A DNA stretch of 64,000 nucleotides from Methanomethylovorans hollandica DSM 15978 (GCF_000328665.1 NC_019977.1:1542011-1606010); one strand, 5' to 3'. Shown: positions 1-10,199, counted from the first letter of the stretch. The notes: generated by a model from the letters alone, not told the origin. A program made the numbers and translations.

Positions 1-2388
1 GAAGTGATCCTTAATAAGACACCAGCCGGTGCAAGGCCGCACAAGTTCAGAATATTGAAGGACGGCAAAGAAGAATACCTGACACCTGCAGAGTTCATAG
101 ATCTGCTGCGCATGGCCGATCGCATCATGATCGCAAAAGGCGGAAATGATGCTACCACTACAGCTTTTCTTGATATGCTGAAAGGCTTTCAGCTGGAAGG
201 GGAAATTGTTAATGTCTGCCGTTTTTGTCTGCTTAAACGTAGATTTAATTTTCTGAACAGGAGATCAATAAAATATCATTCCGAGAAGATATGTGAAGAA
301 TGTGCAAAAGAAGAACTTTCCAGGGCCCTTAATGCTCCACATTGCCATTATAGTGATGAGGCTAAACAGCGCATTGAAGATATGCTGTTGCAAACAAGGG
401 ATTTCGACAGGACAATTGGTACATTGGACCCTGAAGGTCTTGACCAGGAACTGACGAAGTTCGATACAGTACAGGCATCTCTTGATGCCAGGACCATGAA
501 GATAGCAGACCTCCCCATCTCAAAGAACTTCAAAGATATCCTGTTACAAAAATCAGAAGATCTGCTACCAGTACAGACGATAGCTGTTGCTGCAGGTCTT
601 TTCAAAGGAAAGCACCAGTTAGTTACTTCAGTTACAGCTACCGGAAAGACCTTGATAGGCGAGCTTGCGGGTATAGAGAACATACTACACAAAAAAGGAA
701 AGATCCTGTATCTGGTCCCTCTGGTGGCTCTGGCAAACCAGAAGTATGATCAATTCACAGCTAAGTATGGGCCTCTGGGCCTTAAAACTTCGATACGAAT
801 AGGCAGTGCACGCATACGCACTTCGTCTACTCTGAAGATGCGCAGAACTCTTGATTCTGATATTATTGTAGGGACCTATGAAGGGATTGATTTCATACTG
901 AGATCAGGTGATGCTGACCTGTTGGGTAAGATCGGTACTGTGGTCATAGACGAGGTACATACACTTGAGGATAGTGAACGGGGTCACAGGGTTGACGGTG
1001 TCATAGGCAGGTTAAAATACATTGCTCCTGCTGCTCAGTTCATATATCTTTCTGCCACGGTTGCCGAACCCCTGGCTCTGGCACAAAAACTGAATGCTAC
1101 GCTGGTGGAGTACGAATATCGACCTGTTCCCATTGAAAGGCACCTTATTTTCTGTGAGGAGCATGACAAGCTCAAGCTTATGACTCGCCTGGCAAGGGAA
1201 GAGTTTGCCAAGACATCCACAAAAGGTCACAAAGGCCAGACGATCATTTTCACAAATTCCCGGCGTAATTGCCACAGCATATCAGAAGCATTGCCCATGG
1301 TTTCTGCACCTTATCATGCAGGTCTTACACAATCCGTGCGCAAATCCGTAGAAGAGCGTTTTCTTAAAGGAAAGTTGCCAGTGGTGGTAACAACTGCTGC
1401 CCTTGCTGCTGGTGTGGATTTTCCTGCATCACAAGTGATATTCGAATCCCTTGCCATGGGAATCGAATGGGTTACAATGCAGGAATTCATGCAGATGCTG
1501 GGACGTGCCGGACGTCCGGACTATCATGACATCGGTATTGTGGTACTGCTGGCAACTCCCAATAAGCGTTATTCCAGCGAGCAAACCGAGACCGAAGATG
1601 CTGTTGCTATAAGACTGCTTAAGGGCAATATGCTGCCATCCTCAATGGATTATGGTGAAGATGAACAGATGGAAGAGATACTGGCATCAGCTGCTGTTAC
1701 ATCTTCCAAGAAGGACCTGGGAGCCATCCATAACAGGATGATGGGCACATTTGAGCTAGAAAAACTTTTCAGCAGGCTGGTGCATTACAAATTCCTTGAA
1801 AAAAGAGAGGATGCGATCTCTCTCACACCTTTCGGCCAGATAGCTGCCGGTCATTTCCTGTCAGTATCTTCAGCATTCCTTATTCGTGACGCAGTGCTTA
1901 AGGGGATGGGGCCGCTTGAGATCGTAACAAACCTGGAGTTCTTTGATGCAGGTTACTTCAAATATGCAGCACAGATATCCACAGCTTTGGACATCAATAT
2001 TCCTTCCCGCGTATTTCAGGGTGCTTCTCTTGATATAATATTTGAGGGAGATAATATATCTCAGCTTGACCAGAACATACAGGACCAGCTCTTTGAATTT
2101 GCTGCAGCTTTTCTTACCTGTAAGTGCAAGGACTCTCCTTATTGCGGGTGTGCAGAGAGGCGATTTTCTGCAAAGATCGTGGAGATCCGCATGGAAGGCT
2201 ATGATCCCACAGGTATTGTACGCAAACTGGAAGACCTGTATGGTGTGACTGCTTATCCGGGTGATGTATTGGGATACCTTGACAACGTAGTACGTAATCT
2301 GGATGCAGTGGAAAAGATAGCAAAGGTCTATTCTAAAAAAGAAATAGTTCGTGCTTCCCGGGAAATGAAACAGCAGATAGAAGGTTAA
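1..2388 (+). CDS. Archaeal DEAD/DEAH-box (Ski2-like) helicase with C-terminal Cys-rich domain; probably 5'-truncated by the window edge
   Basis: Walker A TATGKT, DEVH, SAT, QMLGRAGR motifs; C-terminal CKCKDSPYCGC; frame is open from base 1. Confidence 0.9.
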   Translation, partial: EVILNKTPAGARPHKFRILKDGKEEYLTPAEFIDLLRMADRIMIAKGGNDATTTAFLDMLKGFQLEGEIVNVCRFCLLKRRFNFLNRRSIKYHSEKICEECAKEELSRALNAPHCHYSDEAKQRIEDMLLQTRDFDRTIGTLDPEGLDQELTKFDTVQASLDARTMKIADLPISKNFKDILLQKSEDLLPVQTIAVAAGLFKGKHQLVTSVTATGKTLIGELAGIENILHKKGKILYLVPLVALANQKYDQFTAKYGPLGLKTSIRIGSARIRTSSTLKMRRTLDSDIIVGTYEGIDFILRSGDADLLGKIGTVVIDEVHTLEDSERGHRVDGVIGRLKYIAPAAQFIYLSATVAEPLALAQKLNATLVEYEYRPVPIERHLIFCEEHDKLKLMTRLAREEFAKTSTKGHKGQTIIFTNSRRNCHSISEALPMVSAPYHAGLTQSVRKSVEERFLKGKLPVVVTTAALAAGVDFPASQVIFESLAMGIEWVTMQEFMQMLGRAGRPDYHDIGIVVLLATPNKRYSSEQTETEDAVAIRLLKGNMLPSSMDYGEDEQMEEILASAAVTSSKKDLGAIHNRMMGTFELEKLFSRLVHYKFLEKREDAISLTPFGQIAAGHFLSVSSAFLIRDAVLKGMGPLEIVTNLEFFDAGYFKYAAQISTALDINIPSRVFQGASLDIIFEGDNISQLDQNIQDQLFEFAAAFLTCKCKDSPYCGCAERRFSAKIVEIRMEGYDPTGIVRKLEDLYGVTAYPGDVLGYLDNVVRNLDAVEKIAKVYSKKEIVRASREMKQQIEG

Positions 2389-2395
2389 CCTTGCA

Positions 2396-3514
2396 TCAGA
2401 TTATGTGCAGATGCAGTAGCAGAGCAAGAAGTATCAGTATGATCCCTGTAAAAAGCCTGATCTCCACACGCTTTTTTTCCTTGAGTTCTGTAATGGTTTG
2501 GGGTTTCATGCCATAGCCGAGCAATACACCCAGGACGATAATAGGAAAGACAACCCCTATATTATAGATCGCCAGGTAGAACGCTCCACGTGCAAGATCT
2601 GTTCTGTCTATCAGCATATCCAGGATAGAAAAGTATATAGCTCCTACACAGGGTGCTTTTACGAGGGAGAATACCCCCCCCGATACAAAAGACAACAGCA
2701 GGACATTGCTGCTAGCTGTTTTTTCAAGTAGCTTGACCATGGATCTGGGTGTGTGGAAGGTTGATCTGGAATATTTCCTCAGATGATGAGCATCATAAAT
2801 ATGCCACAAGCCAAGTATGAATATCAGAATTACCATTACCGTTGTAATGATGCCTTTAAGTGAAGGCAGTCTATGTACTGTTCCCAGGATGCTCAGGCCT
2901 ACTATCATGTATGTGAGGAAAATACCACTACAAAAGCCCAGTATCATCTTCAAAATGTCTTTTTTGCTTCCGCTGGATGACAGTATCAGTGTTGCCAGAA
3001 AAGCCATGACTGCAAGGATGCAGGGATTGAAGCCCGCAAGCAGGCCGGCAATGAACACAAGATAAAAAGAGAGGTTTGTATCTTCTTCACCCTCATCCTT
3101 TGGTATGTCGGATACATTGTCCTCTCCTTCGGATACATTAACAATAGCTTGCGTGAGCAGGTCTTTCAGGATTTTGGTGTTCCCCTGATAATCATTATAT
3201 GTAATAACTGTCTTCCCGTCCACTACTAATGCAGGCACTACAGATATGCCATATCCGCGGGCAAGTTCATAAGATGAAATGATCTCATGGGAAGTAAGGT
3301 TACATCCATAAGTATTTGCTATTTTTTCTATTACAGGTAATGCCTGCTGGCACTTCAAGCAGCCTTCCTCATAAAAATAGTCAACTGCAATAGCAGATGT
3401 AGTATTTTGAGCACAGAGAACTACATGCACAGCTGATATTAATAAAAAAAAAGTTAAAGCAGCCAGTAATGCCTGCCTAATGACATGCTGTGGATGCGCA
3501 GGTGGATGCATCAT
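2396..3514 (-). CDS. Thioredoxin-domain / CcdA(DsbD-beta)-type membrane protein
   Basis: Signal-like N-terminus, CLKC thioredoxin motif, then about 6 TM helices with FNPC and APC cysteines; start uncertain (3514 chosen over 3577). Confidence 0.8.
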   Translation of the reverse strand: MMHPPAHPQHVIRQALLAALTFFLLISAVHVVLCAQNTTSAIAVDYFYEEGCLKCQQALPVIEKIANTYGCNLTSHEIISSYELARGYGISVVPALVVDGKTVITYNDYQGNTKILKDLLTQAIVNVSEGEDNVSDIPKDEGEEDTNLSFYLVFIAGLLAGFNPCILAVMAFLATLILSSSGSKKDILKMILGFCSGIFLTYMIVGLSILGTVHRLPSLKGIITTVMVILIFILGLWHIYDAHHLRKYSRSTFHTPRSMVKLLEKTASSNVLLLSFVSGGVFSLVKAPCVGAIYFSILDMLIDRTDLARGAFYLAIYNIGVVFPIIVLGVLLGYGMKPQTITELKEKKRVEIRLFTGIILILLALLLHLHII

Positions 3515-3926
3515 ATTCGTTTTCCTGGATTTTTTTCGTTGTGGTGTTGAAAACTTTTCCAGTGTCCGTGGAAACATAGCCTTCTATGACATAGATAGGC
3601 TTTATACCGGCACATGCACAGCTCCTTTCCATTAGTTCTACTTTCCAGACATCTTCTTCTGGTGTTATCGGTGTGCCGTACATATCAGGGATATTTCCAT
3701 TCACTATAGTGGTTCTGTTGACCCGCCAGTCCTGAACATGGAAGTAAGTTTTGTAGTACATGGAAACGTTACTGTCGTTCAGCACGATCCCCTGGGCTTG
3801 TAAAGAATTTATATTGTACTCTCTTTCATTCTGTGATGGCTGCAGCACCACCACTATACCGACTCCGATTAGCACGATAATAAGTGCCGCTACCACCAGC
3901 ATAGCAAGTGTTTTTGAAATTTTCAT
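3477..3926 (-). CDS. Membrane-anchored exported hypothetical protein with CxC and C-terminal CX4CH motifs
   Basis: N-terminal hydrophobic helix; SCAC; ends CASTACH; overlaps the ccdA-like gene. Confidence 0.75.
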   Translation of the reverse strand: MKISKTLAMLVVAALIIVLIGVGIVVVLQPSQNEREYNINSLQAQGIVLNDSNVSMYYKTYFHVQDWRVNRTTIVNGNIPDMYGTPITPEEDVWKVELMERSCACAGIKPIYVIEGYVSTDTGKVFNTTTKKIQENEYDASTCASTACH

Positions 3927-4044
3927 AGTTGTAACCTGGGTGCATTCCTTAATTACTTTTTGTTTTGTAACAGAGGTGTTTATGTCCCCACCACTTATTT
4001 AAGTGATGTTAACACAATACGTGCCAGTAACTGGAGAGATAAAA

Positions 4045-4422
4045 ATGAGCACGGATGTTAATAATGGAAAACACCAGAAGAAACTGAGGGTAGAGTTCTA
4101 TAAACCGGAGGATTGCAGGCAGGTGTATTCCATAGGTGCCGTGGGGGGCCATAGCCCTTATGATTTCAGAATAGGCTTTTATAATGATAACCCCAGGCCA
4201 GGAACAGATGAGGATGGCGTGCAGGTGATCCAGCGCAGGCTTGAGGCCGAGATAATTCTTTCACCCCTTGCAGCACTGGAGCTTTCCAGATGGCTAAACC
4301 ATCATCTGAAAGAATATGAAGCTATGTTCGGTCCTATACCCCAACCTAACAGGAGTGAAAAAAAGTCAGAACCATCCGCTGAAAACAGCAGTGAGAATAG
4401 CGAGATACAGGGTTACAACTGA
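4045..4422 (+). CDS. DUF3467-like conserved hypothetical protein
   Basis: VYSIGAVGGHSPYDFRIGF...IILSP pattern; GGAGA upstream of ATG 4045. Confidence 0.7.
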   Translation: MSTDVNNGKHQKKLRVEFYKPEDCRQVYSIGAVGGHSPYDFRIGFYNDNPRPGTDEDGVQVIQRRLEAEIILSPLAALELSRWLNHHLKEYEAMFGPIPQPNRSEKKSEPSAENSSENSEIQGYN

Positions 4423-4550
4423 GTTCCTCTCAGAGGTAATCGCTATAATTATATAGGATACAATACAGTTTTAATAGCTTGTGTCCTGCCTTATGTCGGC
4501 GGGTATGCAGTATCAATTAAAAAGTGAAAATTAAGAAGTGAGGATTCCAT

Positions 4551-4775
4551 TTGTTCCCAAATAAAAGAGTTCATAAGCTGGTTGGATCGAGAGTCCAGGT
4601 TGAAATGAAAGGCGATCTCCATCTTCTGGAAGGTTTACTTAACAGTGCCGATGATTATCTTAACCTTCACCTGTTAGATACCGTGGAAATATCTAACGGA
4701 GAAAAGCTCAGGTCACTTGGTTCAGTGGTGCTTCGTGGCAATAATATAATTCTTATCACACCCGCTGAAGAATAA
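4551..4775 (+). CDS. Sm-like (Lsm/SmAP) RNA-binding protein
   Basis: Sm1 (G.L...DDYLNL.L) and Sm2 (VLRGNNI) motifs; TTG start. Confidence 0.9.
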   Translation: MFPNKRVHKLVGSRVQVEMKGDLHLLEGLLNSADDYLNLHLLDTVEISNGEKLRSLGSVVLRGNNIILITPAEE

Positions 4776-4813
4776 TATTTAAGGCAGGATTCTAATAGCA
4801 ATCGTAGGTTACC

Positions 4814-5176
4814 ATGGTAATAGAAGAAACAGCTATAGAGGTAATCGGCAAGCATGAGGAAGGCGTGTTCCAGAACCAGCTATGGAAAGAGCTGGATATA
4901 GATAGCCGCAAGTGTTCAAGGGTTATAGCAAAACTTCTGAAGGATGGTCGGATCACTCGTGAGTCCGCAGTGGACAATGGAGCAAGGACCTTTCTGCTCA
5001 AAATTGCCCATAGGGAAGAACCCTGTTTTGAGCTCTTGCTCTCCGGAGAGATGTTCTCTCCCTGTGCAGGTTGCAGGGACGCATGTCAGCCGGAGTACTG
5101 TGAAAGGCTGACCTCGTGGGTGATGAACCTGCCTCAGGACAACGTTGAAGATCAAGAGGCCAGTGTAACTGAGTAA
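4814..5176 (+). CDS. Winged-helix protein with C-terminal Cys cluster (RPC34/TFE-beta-like)
   Basis: wHTH (GVFQNQLWKELDIDSRKCSRVI) followed by PCAGC...CQPEYC; adjacent to the Lsm gene. Confidence 0.7.
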   Translation: MVIEETAIEVIGKHEEGVFQNQLWKELDIDSRKCSRVIAKLLKDGRITRESAVDNGARTFLLKIAHREEPCFELLLSGEMFSPCAGCRDACQPEYCERLTSWVMNLPQDNVEDQEASVTE

Positions 5177-5243
5177 ATCTGGCCGAAAGGTTTAATTAGG
5201 TTATGTGCCATTTTGGAGTCGCTCAACCAGCGCTATTCAATGT

Positions 5244-5318
5244 GCTCCGGTAGTGTAGTCCGGCCAATCATTCCGGCCTTTCGAGCCGAAGACTCGGGTT
5301 CGAATCCCGACCGGAGCA
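5244..5318 (+). tRNA. tRNA-Glu (anticodon TTC), intronless, CCA not encoded
   Basis: GCTCCGG/CCGGAGC acceptor stem, anticodon loop CTTTCGA, T-loop GGTTCGAATCC, upstream TTTAATTA box, downstream T-run. Confidence 0.95.
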
Positions 5319-5511
5319 CTATAAACTTTTTTCTATAATTTTATGGAGTATTTAGATTTATTTTTCAACTTTTAGTGGTTGCAGATACAACTCCTATACT
5401 CCTAACCAGGCATCTGTATTATCGTTGAATGGGTAGCGATATGCATAGGTAATATCTCCAGTGAAGTGATGCCTGTAATCAGTCGGATGAGACGTTTCTT
5501 AGTGTTTATAG

Positions 5512-6696
5512 TTAGATCACTACAGCTTTTTTTCCATGCGATACATAATACACTAAGAGGCATACTGCTGCAACGATTGACATAACCATATACATTCCTC
5601 TGTAACCAAAGAAAGGGATTATGAGTCCAACCAGTAAAGGCCCAATTCCCATTCCCATGTCTGTGAACGCAAAATATGTTGAATTTCCCAAGCCCATACG
5701 ATGTTGCGGAGTTACTTTTACAGAAATTGCCTGAGTACTGGACTGTATGGCTCCAAATCCAAGACCCAACACCGCTCCGGCCAATAAAAGAGTATATCCA
5801 TGATGAGCCTGGCTAAACAGAAGAATCCCGATTGAAAATATTAGAATTGCCGGGTACATAATTGAGTTTTCACCTTTGGAGTCAAACAGCCGGCCAATAG
5901 CAGGCCTCGTAATTACGATTACTGCGCCATATACGATAAAAAAGAGGCTGGCTGCGCTAACCAGATTAATTTCCAGTGAGTACACTGCAAGGAATGAAAC
6001 AACACTCGAATAACAAATATATATAAACATACAACACATTGAAATTGGAATGACTTTTGGTTCAAAGAAATTGTCAAATTTGAACCCCTTCATTTTCTCC
6101 AACTGTTCTGCTGTTAATTCCATTTTATTTAAAGATGACAAAAATGGGAAAATCAAAAGGCTGATCATCGAAGTAATTGTACAGGCAACAAAAATCATAT
6201 TGAAGCTGCCATGCTGAGTGATGAACATGCCTAAAAAGGGGCCGAGAGCTGTTGCAAGTGTCAGGCTTAATCCGTAATAACTGATACCTTCGCCCCTCCG
6301 ATCCATGGGAATAACATTTGCAATGATCGTACCTGTTGCTGTGGTAACAATACCAAATGACATGCCGTGAAGAAAACGGACGATAAGTAAGGAGATAAGA
6401 CTGTTTACTCCGAAATATATCAACGTCATAATAAAACTGAAAATAATTCCTGCGTGAAGTGTCTTCTTATAACCTATCTGTCCGATCCATTTCCCGATAA
6501 GCAGACGCATAAAAAGTCCGCCAATCACAAATATACTGGTAGAAAAGCCCGCTTCACCCGGCGATGAGTCAAATTTGCTCATTGCATATCCGGAAATAAC
6601 TATCATTAATAAATAAAAGCTTAAGAAAGCTAATAAATTTTCAATAGAAATAATTATAAAATCTTTAGTCCATAATTTTGATTTTTTTGGAACCAT
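5512..6696 (-). CDS. MFS transporter
   Basis: About 12 TM helices, G..IG.IGYKK motif A, RFLHG, RRGEG; start set at MVPKK. Confidence 0.9.
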   Translation of the reverse strand: MVPKKSKLWTKDFIIISIENLLAFLSFYLLMIVISGYAMSKFDSSPGEAGFSTSIFVIGGLFMRLLIGKWIGQIGYKKTLHAGIIFSFIMTLIYFGVNSLISLLIVRFLHGMSFGIVTTATGTIIANVIPMDRRGEGISYYGLSLTLATALGPFLGMFITQHGSFNMIFVACTITSMISLLIFPFLSSLNKMELTAEQLEKMKGFKFDNFFEPKVIPISMCCMFIYICYSSVVSFLAVYSLEINLVSAASLFFIVYGAVIVITRPAIGRLFDSKGENSIMYPAILIFSIGILLFSQAHHGYTLLLAGAVLGLGFGAIQSSTQAISVKVTPQHRMGLGNSTYFAFTDMGMGIGPLLVGLIIPFFGYRGMYMVMSIVAAVCLLVYYVSHGKKAVVI

Positions 6697-6715
6697 GTTT
6701 GATCCCTCAATTATC

Positions 6716-7144
6716 TCACATAATTTTGGATACATTGTCAAACATTGTTTCAAGTGAGTGCATGAGATCTTTTCTTTGACGTTCATCAAAACCGGATAAG
6801 AGAATGTTATCCCATTCTTCAGCTATCTTTTTCATTTCAGGTTCCAGCTTTTTCCCTTTATCTGTAATAAAAATAAGGTATGAACGCCTGTCCCTCTCAT
6901 CAATCTTCTTGAAAACATATCCCTCATCAACAAGTTTTTTTATAGCCCTTGTAGTAGTGGCCTTATCGATCTTTAGATAGTTTGAAAGAGATTCCTGATT
7001 AACACCATCTTCTTGATACAATCGCACAAGAAAAGAGAACTGTCCACTTCCTATACCATATAGTTTAATTTTCTTGTCAATATAGATTTGTCCATATCGA
7101 TGGAGATATGAGATGAACTTCCCGCTGAACTGATTATCACACAT
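6716..7144 (-). CDS. MarR-family transcriptional regulator
   Basis: IDKATTTRAIKKL...DERDRR...ITDKG. Confidence 0.92.
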   Translation of the reverse strand: MCDNQFSGKFISYLHRYGQIYIDKKIKLYGIGSGQFSFLVRLYQEDGVNQESLSNYLKIDKATTTRAIKKLVDEGYVFKKIDERDRRSYLIFITDKGKKLEPEMKKIAEEWDNILLSGFDERQRKDLMHSLETMFDNVSKIM

Positions 7145-7212
7145 TTGTACACCTTTTTTTGCAAACGTTGACCTTGTCCATGTTTATAATCTCACTATAT
7201 TGTCCACAAAAT

Positions 7213-7277
7213 TAGTTGCAGACACAACCATTGGGGTTGTAATTCAACTAATAAATATATAGTTGTTGATGCAACTA
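7213..7277. promoter_or_regulatory. Putative MarR operators (TAGTTG-N6-CAACTA palindromes)
   Basis: Perfect palindrome at 7260-7277, near-perfect at 7213-7230, weaker at 7235-7250; all flank an AT-rich TATA-like element upstream of marR. Confidence 0.7.
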
Positions 7278-7444
7278 ATCTCCCGCGGATTTGGATCTGT
7301 ATAAAACAGAAGTTCCTGCAATACTTCCTTAAAATATGTATAAAAAAGCGGCTTTATTTGCACATTTTTTTAATAACATTTTTATAAATACTTAACATTT
7401 AAACTCAGCGATTTATTTATAGTTAAATGATGCATGTGAATTAG

Positions 7445-8692
7445 ATGCCAGTAAATCAGAATGAGATTCAAAGACTGAGTGAAAGCGAAAAGGAAAAAAT
7501 CAGAACACTGCAAGAAATGAAATCTGAATTTCATCAGATACCTGATAAATCTGCTGTCTTGGCTGACCTGCATCGGCTAATAGATGATGAAGAATCAGAA
7601 GTAAGGTGGGATGCTGCTTGTACTCTTATTTACATCTTTTCATCGGTTCCGGATGAATACAAATGCATTGCCTGGGATGATCTGATTAAGTTAACACATG
7701 ATTTGAAACCACATATTAGTGGAAAAGCTGCTTCAAACCTTGTGCCTGCATTCTCATCACTTCCTGATGAATGTAAATCTGCTGCCTGGGATGATCTTAT
7801 TAGGCTAACAGATGATAACGATCTATATGTAAGAGAAAGTGCATTTTCAGTTCTTATCAATGCTTTTTCATCAGTTCCTGATGAACACAAACCTAAAGCC
7901 TGGGCCGATCTAATTAGGTTTTCAGGACATGAAGATTCGCGTTTTAGATGGATGGCATTTTCTGCCCTAGACTCTGCATTTGCATGTGTGCCTGATGAAT
8001 GTAAATCTGCTGCCTGGGATGATCTTATTAGGCTAACGCGAGATAGATTTTTAGACGTAAGAGGAGAGACATCAACTGTCCTGGGTTCTGCTTTTGTATT
8101 TGTTTCTGATAAATCTGCTGCCTGGGCCGATCTGGTCAGACTAGCAAGTGATAAGGATTCAAAGGTCAGAAAATATGCTGCAGATACTCTTATCTATACT
8201 TTTGATCATGTTCCTGATGAATGTAAAAGTGATGCAAGATATGATCTGCAAAGATTGACAAGTGAAGGAGACCCGGATGTTAGAATACATTTAAATCATT
8301 CTCTGGGCAAAATGTGCATTGATAAAGCATATAAATCAATAAATGAAGAGGATTTCAGAACTTTTTTAAAAGATGCAATTTGCTATTTTGAAAAAGCTGC
8401 AAAAGATAGCAGCTCCTTCACCCCTTCACTTTGTTGTAATCTTTTTTATCGTGCATTCCATGCTGTAATTTTTAAAGAGGCGCATTCGAATAATGAAATT
8501 AAAGATTATATCACAGCAGCAAAAAAAGAAATTGAAGGCTCTAAAAGTAAGCAGAAACTTGTGGCGGTTATTGAACAGTTAGCAACAGTATTAGAAATTG
8601 CATCTAATACTCAAGGCTCCAATAATGGCTGGAGAGAATTGCTTAAACGAGGTTCAAATATTTGCAATCACGTTGACAAAATGATGGTTTAG
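7445..8692 (+). CDS. HEAT-repeat protein
   Basis: Repeats of about 38 aa (VPDECKSAAWDDLIRLT.D....VR); identical 47-bp DNA copies at 7763-7809 and 7991-8037. Confidence 0.85.
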   Translation: MPVNQNEIQRLSESEKEKIRTLQEMKSEFHQIPDKSAVLADLHRLIDDEESEVRWDAACTLIYIFSSVPDEYKCIAWDDLIKLTHDLKPHISGKAASNLVPAFSSLPDECKSAAWDDLIRLTDDNDLYVRESAFSVLINAFSSVPDEHKPKAWADLIRFSGHEDSRFRWMAFSALDSAFACVPDECKSAAWDDLIRLTRDRFLDVRGETSTVLGSAFVFVSDKSAAWADLVRLASDKDSKVRKYAADTLIYTFDHVPDECKSDARYDLQRLTSEGDPDVRIHLNHSLGKMCIDKAYKSINEEDFRTFLKDAICYFEKAAKDSSSFTPSLCCNLFYRAFHAVIFKEAHSNNEIKDYITAAKKEIEGSKSKQKLVAVIEQLATVLEIASNTQGSNNGWRELLKRGSNICNHVDKMMV

Positions 8693-8734
8693 GACCAAAA
8701 ATGACGCTCTGTGCAAAGACCAGGAAATAGATCC

Positions 8735-9439
8735 TCATCTATGCGATGCTCTGAGAGTCCATATCTCTTCTTTAAGCGTCTCAATATTTGATTTGTACAT
8801 GAACAGTGTTAGGAACAAAGCCAGAAATGCCAGGAAGTTAACTAACAATGTAAGCTGTAGAGTAGTTCCCCCCAATCCCCCACCTGGGCTGCCGTATATT
8901 GCTTCACCGAACATTAACGGATGTACAGAGCGCCATAAGCGGATGGAGAGGAAGCTTAGGGGCACGGATACGAAACCCACTATTCCAAATACTGCTGCAA
9001 GCCTCGCTTTAGATTCCGGTTCTTCTATGGCCTGACGCAGCAGCAAATAGATAACATAAACAAGGAAGAGTGTAAGAGATGTGGTAAGCCGTGGTTCCCA
9101 TACCCAGTACCATCCCCACGTTGCCCTGGCCCAAATGGAGCCGGTGATAAGTACAAGAAGAGCAAATATAACCCCTATCTCTGCTGCTGATCTTGCATAG
9201 ATATCCCACTTGACATCATGGGACCTGAGCTGCATTACGCTTGCAACAAAGACAATGAAAAAGGCAAGGTATGCAGTAATGGCTATAGGCATGTGGAAGT
9301 AGAATATCCTGAAACTGCTATCTAGAACTTCTCCGGCACCGGACCTCATAATAGGCAAATAGAAAAAAAGCATATATATTGCCATCAGCACGAGTCCAGC
9401 TGTTATAAAGGTCAACATCCTAAATTTCTTAGTATCCAT
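8735..9439 (-). CDS. ccmC: Cytochrome c maturation protein CcmC
   Basis: WWD motif GSIWARATWGWYWVWEPRLT; flanking His residues (FHMP, VHP). Confidence 0.9.
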   Translation of the reverse strand: MDTKKFRMLTFITAGLVLMAIYMLFFYLPIMRSGAGEVLDSSFRIFYFHMPIAITAYLAFFIVFVASVMQLRSHDVKWDIYARSAAEIGVIFALLVLITGSIWARATWGWYWVWEPRLTTSLTLFLVYVIYLLLRQAIEEPESKARLAAVFGIVGFVSVPLSFLSIRLWRSVHPLMFGEAIYGSPGGGLGGTTLQLTLLVNFLAFLALFLTLFMYKSNIETLKEEIWTLRASHR

Positions 9440-9524
9440 GCTTTTGTCCCATGTTCTTTTCTATGGAGGTGTATTATCAATATATTTTATCTAATTTGTT
9501 ATCTTTCTATTTTACCTTTCCAGA

Positions 9525-10199
9525 TTATCCTTCCAGTGTATGATCGAACAAGAGATGTGCCAGACTAAAGAAAACAATGTCATAGACAGCCATGAGGCGC
9601 AGTTCTGTGATAATCACGGGTATCCCAGCTCCTGCCACTATCTTGCCTGTGGCCAGCACAGCAGGAATGAGCACCGGCACAAGCAGAGGAAGTAAAAGCA
9701 CAGGAAGCAGGATCTCTCTTGTACGAGTATTCACCGTGAGGGCAGAGAGTAAAGTACCGACCGCAGAAAATCCCCCTGTACCCAGCAGTATAACTAACAT
9801 CAGGGTAGGGATGTTTGGAATATTGTAGTTGAACAGCACCATGAACACAGGTATTGTGAGAAGTTCGACAATAAGCATCAGGCACATACTGGATATTACC
9901 TTGCCGGTGTATATGGCTGCACTGTCCAATGGACAGAGGCGCAGTCCATCCAGGCATGAGTTCTCAGTTTCCGAGGCAAATGCCCGAGTGATGCCCAGTG
10001 TTCCTGCAAATATGAAAGCTATCCAGAGTAATCCTGGAGCCAGGCGGTCAATACTGGAAGAGTCGCTAAGCATGTCACTCAGGGACAGGCTGAAGATCAT
10101 CATAACCACGAGGGAGAAAACAAGCATGGAATTAAGCACCTGTTTTGTGCGTAATTCAGTACGCAAGTCCTTTGCTGCAATATGAAGGCTGCGTATCAT
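9525..10199 (-). CDS. ccmB: Heme exporter protein CcmB
   Basis: KDLRTELR N-terminus, F.SE.ENSCLDGL, LLPVLLLPLLVP; lies between ccmA and ccmC. Confidence 0.9.
   Translation of the reverse strand: MIRSLHIAAKDLRTELRTKQVLNSMLVFSLVVMMIFSLSLSDMLSDSSSIDRLAPGLLWIAFIFAGTLGITRAFASETENSCLDGLRLCPLDSAAIYTGKVISSMCLMLIVELLTIPVFMVLFNYNIPNIPTLMLVILLGTGGFSAVGTLLSALTVNTRTREILLPVLLLPLLVPVLIPAVLATGKIVAGAGIPVIITELRLMAVYDIVFFSLAHLLFDHTLEG

Noticed and set aside
5244..5318. tRNA-Glu as an attachment site of an integrated element
   Set aside because: No duplicated tRNA 3' end and no integrase seen in the window
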